Below, in pieces: positions 1 to 14,773 of a stretch of DNA of 64,000 bases. Source of the stretch: Eledone cirrhosa (Eukaryota); assembly GCA_964016885.1 (NCBI GenBank), contig OZ024743.1, positions 360,468,001 through 360,532,000 of the forward strand, in the 5' to 3' direction. A program made the translations under genes and the position numbers. Below the pieces are notes generated by a model, which was given only the letters and a program-made list of their open reading frames with translations, had not been told where the DNA came from and did no database searches. The first letter of the stretch is position 1. Each line of letters opens with the position of its first letter.

Positions 1-619
1 CTATTGAGCATCGTATTTGAAGTCCTTGACATTCAAAACTCCAGTCGACCTGATTGTCAAACATATCGGATATTATTCTCATCACTATAATAAAAAAATA
101 TATACATAATTATCTTATTCGAATATAGGAAGTTCTAGGGGAGCTGTATTAAAATAAAGGCTTACGCCTTCTAGAGGTAATCTAATAGTACCACGTAACT
201 ATATGATAAATATTTCGCTATTAATAGTTTTATATAAAATTAGATGAGAGGTGGTGGACAAACCATGTAAACAGCAAATATAAACGGGAGGAATTTTAGT
301 TGTAGATTATGCTAAACAATAGGTAGAATGAGGAGAGATCAAATACACAGATACAAACACATACACATACACACCACGGATATATATATATATATATATA
401 TTAGAAAGTGCATTTTTTTTTTTTTCTTTACAAAATGAAAAATAACCGAGGTGTCCTACACGAGCGAAAGTATAAAGAAAAAAAAATGAAATCGAAAATG
501 CAACTGGATTCTTATTTTAAAATATATATATATATTTATTTTGTTCCATTATCGGTTTCGCAGTTCTTCTGCTTTTCAAAAGTAGAGTTGAGATGGTGGG
601 TCTGTGGTTTTTCTCATAT

Positions 620-1312
620 ATATATATAAATGAAAATATAGAAATTATTGTGAGCAAGAGGCCAACAGTATTTCATAATTTATAAGTGACTATAACGTCA
701 AAATGGAAAATAATTAACGTAAGATATGGGAAAATAATTCAAACTCAATTTTTAAAAAATCAAGACAGATTTTATCCACAGATTTTGTGAAATCTAGGGA
801 AAAAACCAACAGAATAAAATAAAGCTTAAATACTCATCCTTCAATTTGGAAAAACTACAAATGCTCTATATAGTCTTAAAAAGACTATTTCACGGTTGGA
901 ATCGTTCCTCAGTAGAGCTCAAAGTCGATAACCCATATACTGCCAAAATATGCCAAAAAGGGAATTTAAAAGCAGGCTAGTTCACCTCGTGCGGAATTAT
1001 AAAAATAAACACACATGGAGAGACATGGCTGGTGACGTCAGAATGAGACGAATATCTATTTACAAGTAACAGCAGTCAAAAACATTCCGAAACATCTCTA
1101 CAAAATGTAAGGAGTTCAGCAAAATAGCAATATTATCGCGGTTTTTAAAAAGAAAAGACCGGGATTAGTCACAAATAATTTTAAGCACTCTAGGAAAAAT
1201 TTCGAGTATAAATATAAATGAAAATATAGAAATTATTGTGAGCAAGAAGCAAACAGTATTTCATAATATATAAGTGACTATAACGTCAACATGGAAAATA
1301 ATTAACGTAAGA
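620..1312. repeat. ~590-bp dispersed repeat with partial head-to-tail duplication, flanked by (TA)n; second copy at 8650-9305
   Basis: ATATAAATGAAAATATAGAAATTATTGTGAGCAAGA starts at ~624 and again at ~1212; a colinear diverged copy lies at 8650-9305. Confidence 0.75.
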
Positions 1313-1524
1313 TATATATATATATATAGGAAAACAGGGAGAAAGAGACGATTATTAAGAAGAAAAATATATTTTTTTCCTTTTTTATTTCTTTCTCTCT
1401 TTTTTCTGGGTTAGAAAATGATGAAAACGAAATGTTTTACTTTGTGTGAAGTGTTAAGGTATTAGTTGATTTATTTGTTATTTAACAATGGCATTTATTC
1501 ATTTATTTATATATGTAATAATTG

Positions 1525-1568
1525 TCTATTACCGGTTTCAGCATTTTTATGCATTATCAAATGATAGT
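1525..1568 (-). ncRNA. Minimal hammerhead-ribozyme-like motif in PLE 3' UTR (U3-A8 core variant); copy at 6533-6576
   Basis: Minus strand TTGATAA-t-GCAT-aaaa-ATGC-t-GAAA-CCGG-TA; stem I is weak. Confidence 0.5.
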
Positions 1569-1651
1569 GATATGTATTAGTGTGGTGTCACACATGTTAA
1601 AGAGAAGGTGCAGAAAGAATAATGTTATTTACAAACAAGGTTTATGAAGTG

Positions 1652-1800
1652 AAAAGAAAAAAGAAAAAAGAAAAATGAAAAAAGAAAAGATGAAAAAAGA
1701 AAAAAAGAAAAAAGAAAAAAGAAAAAAGAAAAAAAGAAAAAAGAAAAAAGAAAAAAGAAAAAAGAAAAAAGAAAAAAGAAAAAAGAAAAAAGAAAAAAGG
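1652..1800 (+). repeat. (GAAAAAA)n purine tract expanded within the PLE 3' UTR
   Basis: Direct reading; the equivalent tract in the pLTR copy (~6660-6690) is much shorter. Confidence 0.9.
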
Positions 1801-4800
1801 TAAAAAAAAGGGCGTAATGCAGAGCGTAAAAGTCAATGTGAAAGAAAAAATAATGTTATTTACAGGCATAGTTCATGAAGTTAAGCAGATCAAAATGTGT
1901 TAATATAGCAAGAGTGCTTAGTTGATCCATGGAGGCAAATGGTGGACTGATTTCCCTTTTGATATGATTTCCCTTTTTAGAGAGTTAATATGCAGGGGAA
2001 AGACATTCTTGCTGGATCATATTTAATTTATTTAAGAAAAAGGATTAGGTAGGGTGTGAAGGAGGTAACTCTTGTAAATGTTTGATTGGTTGTTGCAGTT
2101 GCAGTTTCGTCCGATTTTTAGTGCATTAAGTAGAGGTTGGAATTTGTTAATGGAATATGTTTCCTTATTGGTACGATGGATGAAGTTAGCGTTGTCTATT
2201 AATTTGTAAATGGGGAAAATGTTAAAGTCTGGATGTTGGTTGTGTGCACAATTGTCGATATATTCATTAAATGCAATCTTTCTGTATTCCTGTATTTTAA
2301 TTTATCATTTATGGACGGTCATACGTTGACGGGGGCTGTTTTTTTCTTGTTTTCTTGATGAGGATGTCGAAGAAAGGGAGTTGTTCATGGCTGTAATCCA
2401 TTTTGAATTGTAAGTTTGTGTTGAGTCCATTCAGAAGGGTTTTAAACTCAAACAGTTTATTTATACTTTCATGCCAGAGGATGAAGCAGTCGTCCAGATA
2501 TCTCTTCCAGTTCTTTTCTATGTGTTGGTAGAAGTGGTTGCCATATCTGTCTAGAACTTTGCGGTAGAGAGTGGTTTCCAAATATCCCATTACAAGGTTG
2601 GCGTATGAGGGGGCTACTTTGAGAACCTGAGCAGGTCAAAACATAGATTAGGTTTTCAGATGCACATGTAAAGTTGTGTTTAACTGTGAAATGTTGTCCT
2701 TGTTTAAAATGGAATGTTGACCCTTCTATTAGATTTATGTATATGCCACAGTTGGGCCTTCCGCATTTTCTTACTGTAGGGTTCATTGTGAGGGTTTGTT
2801 GCATTTTGGCTTGTGTGAGGGTGTTTTTTATGGATTTAGGTTGTCTTTTGCTCTTTATGATGTTGTGTGTTTGGAGTATTTTCTTCATTCTTGGGTCTCT
2901 TTTTAGTAAAGAAATGTTCTGGAGGATGGTGTCGAATGCCTCATTGTTGAGGAGGTTGTATGTGGAGATGTATGGTAGAGTTTTTTGTTGCGGTTCATTA
3001 CTGGGTTTGGAGTGTCTGAGTTCCTGGATGTCTAGTTTTAGGGCACGTTGGAATCCATTGTTGATTAGGGATGGTGGGTAGTTTCTGCTGATAAATGTGC
3101 TTTTTAATTCTTCTAGTCGTGTGTAGCATGTGTATTTATCTGAAACTATTGTGCAGATCCTTCTGGCTAGGTTATAAGGAATTTCCATTTTGGTGTGTCT
3201 AGGGTGGCACGAGTTGAATGGGAGGTATTGTTTGGAGTCTGTGGGTTTGTAGTATATGTCTGTTTCTATTTTGTTGTTTGTTTTCTTGATGAGGATGTCG
3301 AAAAAAGGGAGTTGTTCATGGCTGTAATCCATTGTGAATTGTAAGTTTGTATTGAGTCCATTCAGAAGGGTTTTAAACTCAAACAGTCTATCTATACTTT
3401 CATGCCAGAGGATGAAGCAGTCGTCCAGATATCTCTTCCAGTTCTTTTCTGTGTTGGTAGAAGTGGTTGCCGTATTTGTCTAGAACTTTGCGGTAGAGAG
3501 TGGTTTCCAAATATCCCATTACAAGGTTGGCGTATGAGGGGGCTACTTTCGTGCTCATGGCTGTCCCAGATTTCTGTCTGTAGTATTTGGCATTGAATTC
3601 GAAGAAATAGTTTTCCAAGATGAATTTGAGTCCCTCCAACACAAATTCTTTAGGGATGAGTTGTGGGAGTTCACTAGGGAAATGTTCAAGCCAGAATTGT
3701 ATTGCCTCTATACCTACGTTGTGTGGGATATTGGAATATAAATTGATGACATCAAAGGTTACTAGTAGGGTATGTTCATTATTGAGTGTTGTTGGGAGGG
3801 GGTTGAGCATGTCAAGGTCGTCCCTTATGAAGCTTTTTATGTGTTTTAGGAAAGGTTTAAGCAGAATATCTAGGAAGTTGGTTGCTGAGGCGGTGGGTTT
3901 CACATGTGGTGCCTGCTATTATGGGTCTTAATTTAAGGTCATCAGGGGGGGGGGGGGGCTATATTGATGTAAACGTCTGTGGCTTGCTTGCAGGCCCTAC
4001 CTTTTCCTTCGCTTTTGTGTGTCTTTGGGATACCGTAGACGAGGCTGGTTTTGCTTTTGAAATTGGTGATGTAGTTGTATTCCTTTCTGTAAGGCCTTCT
4101 TTGTAAAGGGTTGTAAGTGGTTTTAGGTTTCTCCTTATTTTCTGTTGTGTGTAGTGTTGGGCCTTTTCATAATATGTTTGGTTTTCTAGAGTTGAGAGTA
4201 CTAGAGTTGTGTAATAATCTGTCTCCATAATGACTACTGCACTCCCTTTATCTGCCTCTTTGATTGTTAGCGTCTTGTCTTTTTTTAGACTGTTAAGACC
4301 ATTCCATTCTTTTTTGCTTAGGTTTGGTTTTTGTTTATGTTTGTGTAGGTGGTGGTATGGGTAATTAGTAATGTGTTCGCAGAATTGATCGAGGAATTTG
4401 TTCTTGCCTTTTGGTGGGGTGTAGTTGCTTCTATTTCTGGCTATTGAGTCATCCTCATTGTATTTGTCGAATAGTTGTTCGCTGAGTCTTAGTTTTCTAC
4501 AGAATTCTGCAATATCTTCCTTCATTTCGGGATAGTTTGGTTGTTGCGGAGTTGGTATACATTTTAGACCTTTGGAGAGTATGTTGATTTGGTCTATTAT
4601 TAATTCTTTAGAGGTTAAATTGACAATTTTTATTGCATTTTGTGTCTCCTGTGTGTTTTGTGTTATCTTGTTATCCTGTGTCTGTGTGCTGTGTCTAAAA
4701 AATGATTACGGAAGTTGTGATGGCTGTTGAGGTTTGGATGTCTCTTATAGTTGTATTGGCCCCTGCTGTTGTTGTAAGATGGTATGTAGCTGTGGTGGTT

Positions 4801-6341
4801 GTTGAGTTTAGGTCGTATTGTGTGATTGTATTGAGCCCTGCTGATGTTGTTGTAGGGTGTGTAGATTTGATGGACGTGGTTATAGGGTGTGAAGTTGTGG
4901 TGGTTGTTGAAGTTGGCTTGTATCTTATGCTTCTGTTGAGCATTGCTGTTGTTGTAGGGTGTGTAGACTCGGTGGTTTTTGTAGTAGGGTTGTCTTGTGT
5001 GGTTATATTGAGTCCTGTTATTGCTGTTATATGGTGTGTGGCTATGGTGGCTGTAGTGGTTAGGGTGTCTCGTGTGGTTGTATTGTCCCCTGCTGGTTTT
5101 GTTGTAGTAGGATGTGGTTAGTGGGGTGGGTAGATTAGAGTTTCCTTATAGCTGGTGTGTGGTTGTGAGGCCCTGTGTGATATGTGTGGTAGTTGTGTAT
5201 TTTGGATTCTATGTTGGAAGTAATGATGGTTGTGGGTTTGTTGTGTGTGGATGTTAGGAGGGTTGTAAGTGTGGGGTATTTTATGGTTTTTCCTGGTGGG
5301 AGAGAAGTTGTAGTGCCAATCTTGTAGCTGATGTTTCCCTATTACTGTTTTTGTTGCTTGGGAGTCCGTGTGGTAGTTGTGTAGAGTATGTAGGAGGTAG
5401 GGGCAAGGTGATGCCTTCTTTTGTTGGTATGTGGGGAGGTATTGTTTTTTTGTTGTTGTGGTTGTTGTGTGGTGTTTCGGTGTTGATTGAGTTTTCTTGT
5501 TATTATGGTTTTAATGAAGGGGTTCTTGGATGTGTGTTCTTTTTGGAAAAGTGTTTCATAGTTAGAGAACCGGGTTTCGTTTATTTCCCAGCGTTGAAGC
5601 GATTTTAATTCTTCCTTATTACAGTCCTCTAACCATAATTTTGAAATATTTTCTAGGATGGTGTCTTTGGTTATATTGATAATTGCTAGATTAATCTCAT
5701 CGTCGATTGATTTGATCCTAACTTCATTTGCTTGGGCTCTCAATTTAAGGAGTTCAATTTCGGTTTTTATGTTATCAAGTTCCATTTTTTCCGTGAGGTG
5801 TCTTTGTGTCTCTGGTTCGTTTGGGATGGATTTAATTTGTAGTTTGCGGGCGATGATTAGTGGGGATGAGTTAATCCATTCTTCATAGATCTCCGCTTTG
5901 TTATTGTTTTGTATCATCTTCCAAAAGGAGAATTTCCTGTTTTTAAGAGATGTGTACCATTGTGGTATTAATTTGTTTTTTATTTGGTAAGTTGTAAGTG
6001 TATTAGTGTCATGTGTATTTTCGTTCGTTTGAATAGGGTTGTGCTGTTATTCAGGTGTGTTTTTATTGTTTCACATAAGTTATTGATATTGTCGTTGATT
6101 TCATAGGATGTGTATTTGGGGATTGTTTCTTCACTTGGAGAGTTAAGTTTGTTGGTGAGTATTGACAAATTAGAGTTAATTTTGTGTAGTTCTTGGAGTA
6201 TCTCTTGATTGATGCTAATGAGAGTGGAGTCTGTTATTGTTTCAGTAGGCATTTTCTGTATCTCGTTTGGGAGTGAATAATAATAATAAAATGTGGAGAG
6301 GAAGCACACGAGTTAGAATATATATATATATATATATATAT

Positions 6342-7522
6342 GAAAACAGGGAGAAAGAGACGATTATTAGGTAGAAAAATATATTTTTCTCCTTTTTTAT
6401 TTCTTACTCTCTTTTTTCTGGGTTAGAAAATGATTAAAACGAGATGTTTTACTTTGTGTGAAGTGTTAAGGTATTAGTTGATTTATTTATTATTTAACAA
6501 TGGTATTTATCTATTTATATATGTAATAATTGTCTATTACCGGTTTCAGCATTTTTATGCATTATCAAATGATAGTGATACGCATTAGTGTTCTGTCGCA
6601 CATGTTAAAGAGAAGGTGCAGAAAGAATAATGTCATTTACAAACAAGCTTTATGAAGTGAAAAAAGAAAAAGAAAACGAAAAGAAAACGACCGTAATGTA
6701 GAGCATGAAAAGTCAATGTGAAAGAAAAAATAATGTTACTTACAGGCATAGTTCATGAAGTTAAGCAGATCAAAATGTGTTAATATAGCAAGAGTGCTTA
6801 GTTAAACCATGGAGGCAAATGGTGGACTGATTTCCCTTTTTAGAGACTTTTTAGAAAGTTAATATGCAAGGGGAAGTAATTCTTGCTGGATGATATTTAA
6901 TTTATTTAAGAAAAAGGATTAGGTAGGGTGTGTAGGAGGTAACTCTTGTAAATGTTTGATTGTTTGTTGCAGTTTTAGTTTAGTCCGATTTTTAGTGCAT
7001 TAAGTAGGGGTTGGAATTTGTTAATGAAATATGTTTCCTTATTGGTACGATGGATGAAGTTAGCGTTGTCTGTGAATTTGTAAATGGGGAAAATGTTAAA
7101 GTTTGGATGTTGGTAGTGTGCACAATTGTCGATATGTTCACTAAATGCAAACTTTCTGTATTCCTGTATTTTAATTTGTGATTTATGGACGGTCATACGT
7201 TGACGGAGGCTGTTGTTTGTCTGTCCTATGTAGTGCTCTTGATAACCTGAGCAGGTCAAAACATAGATTAGGTTTTCAGATGCACATGTAAAGTTGTGTT
7301 TAACTGTGAAATGTTGTCCTTGTTTAAAATGGAATGTTGAACCTTCTATTAGATTTATGCATATGCCACAGTTGGGCCTTCCGCATTTTGTTACTTTAGG
7401 GCTCATTGTGAGGGTTTGTTGGATTTTGGTTTGTGTGAGGATGTTTTTTATGGATTTATGTTGTCTTTTGCTCTCTATAATGTTGTGTGTGTGGAGGATT
7501 TTCTTCATTCTTGGGTCTCTTT
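6342..7522 (-). mobile_element. Direct pseudo-LTR of the Penelope element (EN 3' half + 3' UTR)
   Basis: Closely similar to 1328-2900; ORF 6975-7508 has an intact LIYVLTC..YIGQT..LRQR..VH..E.YFINKFQPLLN GIY-YIG domain. Confidence 0.93.
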
Positions 7523-7699
7523 TTATATATATATATATGTATATGTATATACATACATATTAAAGTCATCATTCTCAATCGAGTATGATTTCGTAGTATA
7601 TAACATGCTTTCACCGAGGGTTCTAGATTTAGAAAGAAAATCTGTCCCATGATGCAACGGAACATTGAATATGTGACATTTGGAATCAGGAAGAGCTCC

Positions 7700-8100
7700 A
7701 TTAGCACTTTACATAGACAACGAAATAAGAAAGGAAAATGGACATCGGCACCATTTGAACACAGGGACATTGGACTGATATCCAGCAGATATCCAAATCT
7801 CTAAGACTCCACCAATCGACAGCCTTATGTATATATTGCTGCCCCTGGCTACCTGACTGCACCTCCCTGACACAAAAAGAACCAGGAGTATGAGTGCCAA
7901 ACCTCTAGAACACATCCGACTCGGTTTATTACAATGGAACCTGAACTAGCCAGTCTCTCCTCCCTGACCATGCCACCAACCAAGATCCATTGTATACTTT
8001 CTGTGAAAATTTATAGACCTTTAGCTTGACACGAATAGAATATCATTCCCTGTAACCCTATATTCTTCACCCTGTCACTTTATAGCTGGGTCCGAATACG
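7700..8100 (-). pseudogene. Highly decayed CR1/L2-like RT fragment
   Basis: Scattered motifs GLQG.I, QWILVGG....SSG, LILLVLFV, W....CKVL in CR1-like order. Confidence 0.3.
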
Positions 8101-8649
8101 TTTGAATGCATGGTAGTTACAACGCATTCAATACGTAGTACAACCCCTACCAGCATAACCAACTGGTAGGACAAATTTGAGGAGAACAGTCATTCAAAGG
8201 CTACGAGCAAAAATGAGAGCAAAGGACTACCATGATCGCTTTTGAGTGAAAAACAACAAACAAAATAAAACACATTTTTTCTTGTGTTTTATTTTTTCTT
8301 CTGTGCCTTTTCCTTAATTCTATGGGAATGTGTTTCCCATCATTCCGTTCGTATACAACTATTATGCAATATGCACCTGATGATGTTACCAGGTTCATAA
8401 GTAGCCTGGACATTTCAATGTCCATAGTGTTTGCAGAAATTAATAATTGAGGGAAGTTAATCTATCCGGCCTCCTGTCACTTTACTCTGTAATATAATGT
8501 TTAACATCCTTCCCGTACCACCAGCATAATTCTACTCAAAGTGAATGAGTTGCCTAAAGTCAAGTGCTTTCCTACTATTACATCATGGATAACATTTCAG
8601 AATGAGCAAATTCACCCAGTGGTGAACCACCAAATTTAAACGTACATAT

Positions 8650-9298
8650 ATATATAAATGAAAGGTATAGAAAACATTGTAGCGAAAAGCCAACAGTATT
8701 CCATAATATATAAGTGACTATAGCGTCAAAATGGGAAAATAGTTAACGTAAAATGTGGGAAAAATAATTCAAACTCATCTCAAAGAGAATCAGGATATAG
8801 ACTTATCCACAGAATTTAGTGAAATCCAGGGAAAAATCAATAGAGCCTTAACTCATGATAAAATAAAGTTTAAAATACTCATCCTTCAATTTGGAAAAAC
8901 TTCAAATGCTCTGTATAGTCTTAAAGACTATTTCACGAAAACTTTCAGTGGAGATGGTCACAGTTGGAATTCGATCCTCAGCAGAGCTCAACTCGATAAC
9001 CAGGATTCTCACAGATTAATAGCCCAAAAAGGGAATTTTTAAACAGGCTAGTTTATCATGCGTGATTATGAAAAATAAAATGCAGATGAGGAAAGACAGG
9101 GCTAGTGACGTCAGAATGAGACGAATGTTTGTTTACAAGAAAACAACAGTCAAAAACATTCCGAAAAAAACCTCTACAATAAGGAGTTCAGCAAAAAGGA
9201 AAATATTTTCGCGGTTTTTTATAAAAAAAAAAATACCGGGATTAGTCACAAATAATTTAAGCACTCTAGGAAAGAAATCCGAGTATAAATATATAAAT

Positions 9299-9305
<7 letters not shown>
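8650..9305. repeat. Second copy of the 620-1312 repeat family
   Basis: Colinear similarity; bounded by (TA)n. Confidence 0.75.
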
Positions 9306-9903
<598 letters not shown>

Positions 9904-10029
9904 ATATGTATGTATGTATGGATATATATATATCTTTGTCTGTGTACGTCTGTACGTGTATGTGTACATGTCTATGTCTGTCGGATATCTATATCCTCCT
10001 ATTATTATTATTATTATTATTCGAACATT

Positions 10030-10606
10030 TGCTGTCACGTGTAACACATATCCGGTTATCGACTGTGTCCATTGTCCAGATAGCCACGCCGTCCTCCTTT
10101 AAGGAGGAGGAAGGGCAGGCAATTTTCCTCTGCCTGGTGGCCATGGCGAAAGTGATTGTATGGTGGACAAGGTTGAAAGGATTGAAGATGGACACTTTCC
10201 TCTTCGGCGAATCCCTGATTAACTTTTTCAAATTTCACTTGAAGAGGAAAATCAGGGTGGAATGGCAAGTGCTGTCTTCTAGTAAGTTTGTTGAAAGGTG
10301 GGTGAAAGTGGCGAATCAGGTCCAAGTGAAGGGGCCAGCTCTGAGTATGCGCCTGTAGACTCAGGAGTGGAAAACTAAGATAGGGAAGCTTACCCTCGTG
10401 GTCAGGGTGGCCGTGGGCTTTTGTGTCGTTTTCTCCACGAGTGACTCTTGGAAGTTACCCCCCTATTGGGAAATTTTGTTGTTTGAATTTTTTAAACATT
10501 TCTGTCTTCTTGTTATAACCTTTTTTACACGGTCAAAACCCACTTTGCATCGTCCTGCACCGTTATGTGCCCTCTGTAATGTTTTTCTTTGTGGCCAATA
10601 AAGAAA
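10030..10606 (+). mobile_element. 3' fragment of L1/Tx1 LINE (same family as 11086-14472)
   Basis: [26 protein letters not shown] matches the C-terminus of ORF 13810-14472; shared 3' UTR; AATAAA near 10597. Confidence 0.9.
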
Positions 10607-10627
10607 CCATTATAATTATTATTATTG

Positions 10628-10817
10628 ATGGCGGTGAATTGGCAGTATCGGTAGAAAGTTGGACGTCATGCTTTCTAGCATAGTTACGTCCCTTTACGGT
10701 CTGAGTTCAAATCCTGTCGAGGTTAACTTTGCCTTTCATCCTTACGGGGTCGATAAATGAAGTACCAGTAATGTACTGGGTAATTGCTGGCCTTGTGCCA
10801 AAAGTAGAAACAATTAT
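10628..10817 (+). mobile_element. tRNA-derived SINE with Meta-type central domain (octopus-like family)
   Basis: A box TGGCAGTATCGG, B box GAGTTCAAATCC, GCCTTTCATCCT..GGGGTCGATAAA..AGTACCAG, tail GGCCTTGTGCCAAAAGTAGAAACAATTAT; several copies in the window. Confidence 0.85.
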
Positions 10818-11085
10818 GTTTATTGATGGCAGCACCCTCTACGCGGAGGGCTAGGCATGCCGTGGCTAACGATGCGCAGACATCTCCAGATATTCTGCCT
10901 AAACGGTGAACAGGTGTGGTCGCCGTTTATCAGAGGGCCTTTCCGTAGCTTCTTTCTTTGACGAGGGAACATCACCAAACAATATTCACGGATATTCTCG
11001 TGGAGAAACCCAACAATAGTCGGAGGCACAGGTAATTTTTTTGTACCTCTCCCCTCTCACTTGTTTTCCTCCTATCCTAGCCAAT

Positions 11086-14000
11086 ATGGCTACTCTCAGA
11101 ATAGGTAGCATAGATGTACGTGGCCTGGGGTCGTCTTGGAAGCAGGGGCACCTGCTGAACGATCTCAGGTCGCTACACATAGATGTAGTGGCCACCAGCG
11201 AGACCAGAATCTCCGAGGCACGGCCCTTCACACCGATCTTCAGCGGCTACGATGTGTTCGCATCTGCCAGCCGTCCTAGATCGGGGGGAAGATTTGCTGT
11301 GCTATTCGTAGAGGTTTGGATCTCGCCATACGGGCTATCTTCCTGGACCCAAAAGGTAAGTTGGTGGTGTTGGACGTGACCAGCGGAGACGGGCAAGCTT
11401 TCAGGCTAGTGGCCGTCTATGCCCCGACAGGAGCAGGGAGGCTAGATTTCTTCCGGCGTCTGGAGACCTTTCTTGGAGCGTCCAGCTCTTAGTGTTAGTG
11501 GGCGACTGGAACGGGATCTTAGATGCATGCTGTGACTGTGTGGGATAGGCGGATAGGCGAGGAGGGTGCAAGAGCCTCACCAACCTGCTCAGGCATTTTG
11601 AACTGTCTGACAGGTACCGATTGGATATCCCGAATGTGCCAATGTGGACTTGGACACCGCATCGGGTCATCCAGATCATATCTAGATAGAGTATTTTGTA
11701 GGGAAATAGATAGGTCTAGCATAGGCTGTCCACAATTCAAGATAATCAGCTACACGGACCACAAATTCTTGATCTGTGTAGTTGACTTAGATAGGCTTCA
11801 TAGACGAGGACCCGGCTACTGGAAGCTAAACGCGTCATTACCAGCGCGCAACCTACAGAGATCGGATTAGCGAACTAGTTAAACGGACGTTGACGGGAGC
11901 CATCGTCAACAACAAGTGGTGGTTGATGTGAAAAGAACGATTAAAACAGAGTCCATTAGGTTTAGTAAGGCTTTAGCAATAGAGAAAAATAGAGACCAGG
12001 GAGAACTAGTTAGAAAGTTAGACGAGGCGCTTAGCAAAGACATCGCGGCCGACGTACTTGCGGCGAAATTGGCCCTTGACCAATCCTTCAATGGAAAGAA
12101 CGAAGGCTGCGTTGTCAGAGCTTGGGTGCGTGCTCTCAGACACGAGGGGACGAAAGCCGTTCAATGGGCCCGAGTGGCGGAGGCGCGTCGTGGTAACAAA
12201 GCCACGATCGGGTCTTTGGTGGACCACGACGGACGCATTCTACTCCTTTCTGGGCAAATGTGTGAAGCTTTTCAGCGACACTTCGCTCAGTTGTTCGGGG
12301 GGCAGCGCGGCAGGATCGAGGGATGGACTCTAATGTCTACCTCGACGGACTGCTGCGGTTCTCGGCCACTGAGGCGGAGTGTTGCAAAACGCCGATGACA
12401 GCAGCTGAAGTATGGGAGGCAATAACTGGCTGCAAAAGGGGTAATTCGCCTGTTTTGTATAGTCTGCCCTATAAACTTTACGTACAGATGCAAGACTTGT
12501 TCGGAGGCCTCTTGGCGACGTCTACTGTAACTCGCAACAGAACGGGAGAATTCCCAGCTCTGGGAGCCGAGGAGCGGTGGCACTGCTGAAAAAGTATCGG
12601 AACAAGGGGGATAACATAAATAATTTCAGGCCCATAACTCTGCTAAACAGAGTTCAAGATTTTGGCCAAGGTGCTAACAAAGAGGTTGGCGATTGTCATT
12701 GGTAGTCTGGTGAGAGAGGCGCAGACATACGCCATTCCCGACAGATCCATCCACGACAACCTCCACCTCATGTGATACATCGTTGAGAGGGTAGCTAGGG
12801 AACCTGGCACGGGTGGGTCCTTGATCAATTTAGATCAGTCGAAAGCTTTCGATAGGGTCGATCATCGTTATTTGGCGGCGGCTGGCTTTGGGACGGTTTT
12901 CTGCTTTGAGACCGTCTTCTGCTCTGTGGTGAGAATGAAGGCTCACCTTTCGCAACCGTTCAACATCATGCGCTCGGTCCGCCAAGGATGTCCCCTATCG
13001 TCCCTCTTGTACTTATTGACTCTCGAGCCATTACTGCATAAACTGGAGACGTTGAGGGGGCGGGGGTTACGCGCGAACTAGGATGCGGAAGTTATGTGTC
13101 AGCATGTGCGGACGATGTCACCGTAGTGGTGTCGAACGCCAAACACATCGAGGCGATCGGCACTACTCTAAGAGAATACGAAGCGGTGACAGGAGCAATG
13201 ATCAACCAGGAAAAGTTGGTGGGCCAGCAGCACGGCACTTGGAGAGACAGGTCCATGCCGTCCAACGCCGTCGTCGGGTGCTGAACGGACGGACCGGTTA
13301 AATTGCCAGGGGTCTGGTTCGGTCCGGACCTCCAGACGGACAAAAACTCGGACAAGGTGACGAGCAGGGTGGCTTCTCTCACCCAGAAATTGGCAGAGAG
13401 GAAGCTATACCTGAAAGGTCGAGCGGAGGTGGCTAACGCGTAGATTGCGTCCGTCATCTACTACCACCTGACTGTCGTGCCTTGTCCTAAGCCTCGCCTG
13501 ACTGCGCTGGAGCGTTTGCTCTTTCGCTTTTTGTGGAAGGGACGAGCTCCGATGGTCAGGCGGTCCACATGCTGTCAACACCCGCTACGTGGAGGGCTGG
13601 GCATGCCGTGGCTTATGATGCGCAGACACGCGCTCAGGCAACGACATCTCCACCTCTTCGGCGACGGTGATCAGGTGTGGTCGCCATTTGCTAGATGCGT
13701 CTTTCCCCAGCTCGTCTCCTTGACGGAGCTGCCGTCCTGGGTCAAGCCAAGACCGAGAGGGAGCTCTTGAAGACTGGAATGTCTTCAGGCACACACACCC
13801 CTCGACCAATTGGGTAATGTAATCGGTGGAAACTCCACCTTGGCGTTCTATAGAGGATTAGTGGAGGGGAAAAGCGACGATGTACTTGGGGAAAATTTAT
13901 GCGTCGACGAAAATCAACTAGCCAATCTCTTCGGAAGAACTTTTAGGCTGTGGCCTATGGACAACTTCCAGAATTCCCTAGCCTGGCGGGGCTACCGAGG

Positions 14001-14722
14001 AGCTTTGCCAGTTCGGGATAAACTCTACAGGCATGGAGGTGCCGTCAGCCGGGCATGTCCGAGATGCGCGCAAGGCGACGAAACCGTCCTGCATGCACTC
14101 GCCCAGTGTCCGAGCATTGCTGACTTGTGGGTTTATGTCGAACACGTGCTGTCGCATGTAGAACGGAATCGACTATCAGATGAGTCTATCGTGGGAATTG
14201 AACCGCCCTCTTCCTTTAGCTTGGAAGGCCAGGCAGTTTTTATCTGTCTGGTGGCCATGGCGAAAGAAATAGTATGGTTGACGCGTCTGAAAGGGCTGAA
14301 GACGAGCACTTACCTCTTCGGTGATGCCCTGATTAACCTTTTCCAATTTTATTTGAAATGGAAAATAAGGCTAGAGAGGGAAGTGTTCTCTCTCCAGCTT
14401 TTTATTAAAAGATGTGTGAGAGAGGCAAGAATGGCCCGAGTGAATGGACCTCTTCTGAATATATGCTTGTAAATTGAAGGTGGAAAACTGGCAGAGGACA
14501 CTTGCCCTGGTGGTCAGTGTCACCGTGGCTTTTGTTTAATGTGCTTTCTCCATGATGGCCCTCGGAAGCCTCCCCCCTATTGGGGAATTTTTCATTGTTC
14601 TTTTATTACATCCTCTGTTTTTGTTTTTTTACACGCATAAATGCCCATTTGTGCCGTCCTGTATTGTCCTGTACTGTCCTTAATGTCTACTTTATGTGAA
14701 CCCTTGTGGTTAATAAAGAAAA
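11086..14722 (+). mobile_element. L1/Tx1-clade LINE ORF2 (APE endonuclease-RT-zf-RVT), frameshifted, with 3' UTR
   Basis: MATLRIGSIDVRGL, SYLDRVF, YTDHK, GPGYWKLN, FRPITLLN, LDQSKAFDRVDH, SVRQGCPLS, CADDVTV, GGLGMP, CPRC...ETVLHALAQC. Confidence 0.95.

Positions 14723-14771
<49 letters not shown>

Positions 14772-14773
<2 letters not shown>

Larger units (their letters stand above)
1328..6315 (-). mobile_element. Penelope-like retroelement, near full-length, frameshifted (RT + GIY-YIG endonuclease)
   Basis: ORF pieces carry IKEADKGSAVVIM, LLVTFDVINLYSNIPH, YRQKSGTAMSTKVAPSYANL, (W)KRYLDDCF, FFDILI..TDIYYKPTD..HP, CGRPNCG..FTC.SENLIYVLTC. Confidence 0.95.

Noticed and set aside
4695-5121. Thr-rich / Val-rich mucin- or membrane-like ORFs
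   Set aside because: Low-complexity N-terminal region of the Penelope ORF and its antisense frame
10628-10720. tRNA gene
   Set aside because: The A/B boxes belong to a SINE head; no cloverleaf is evident
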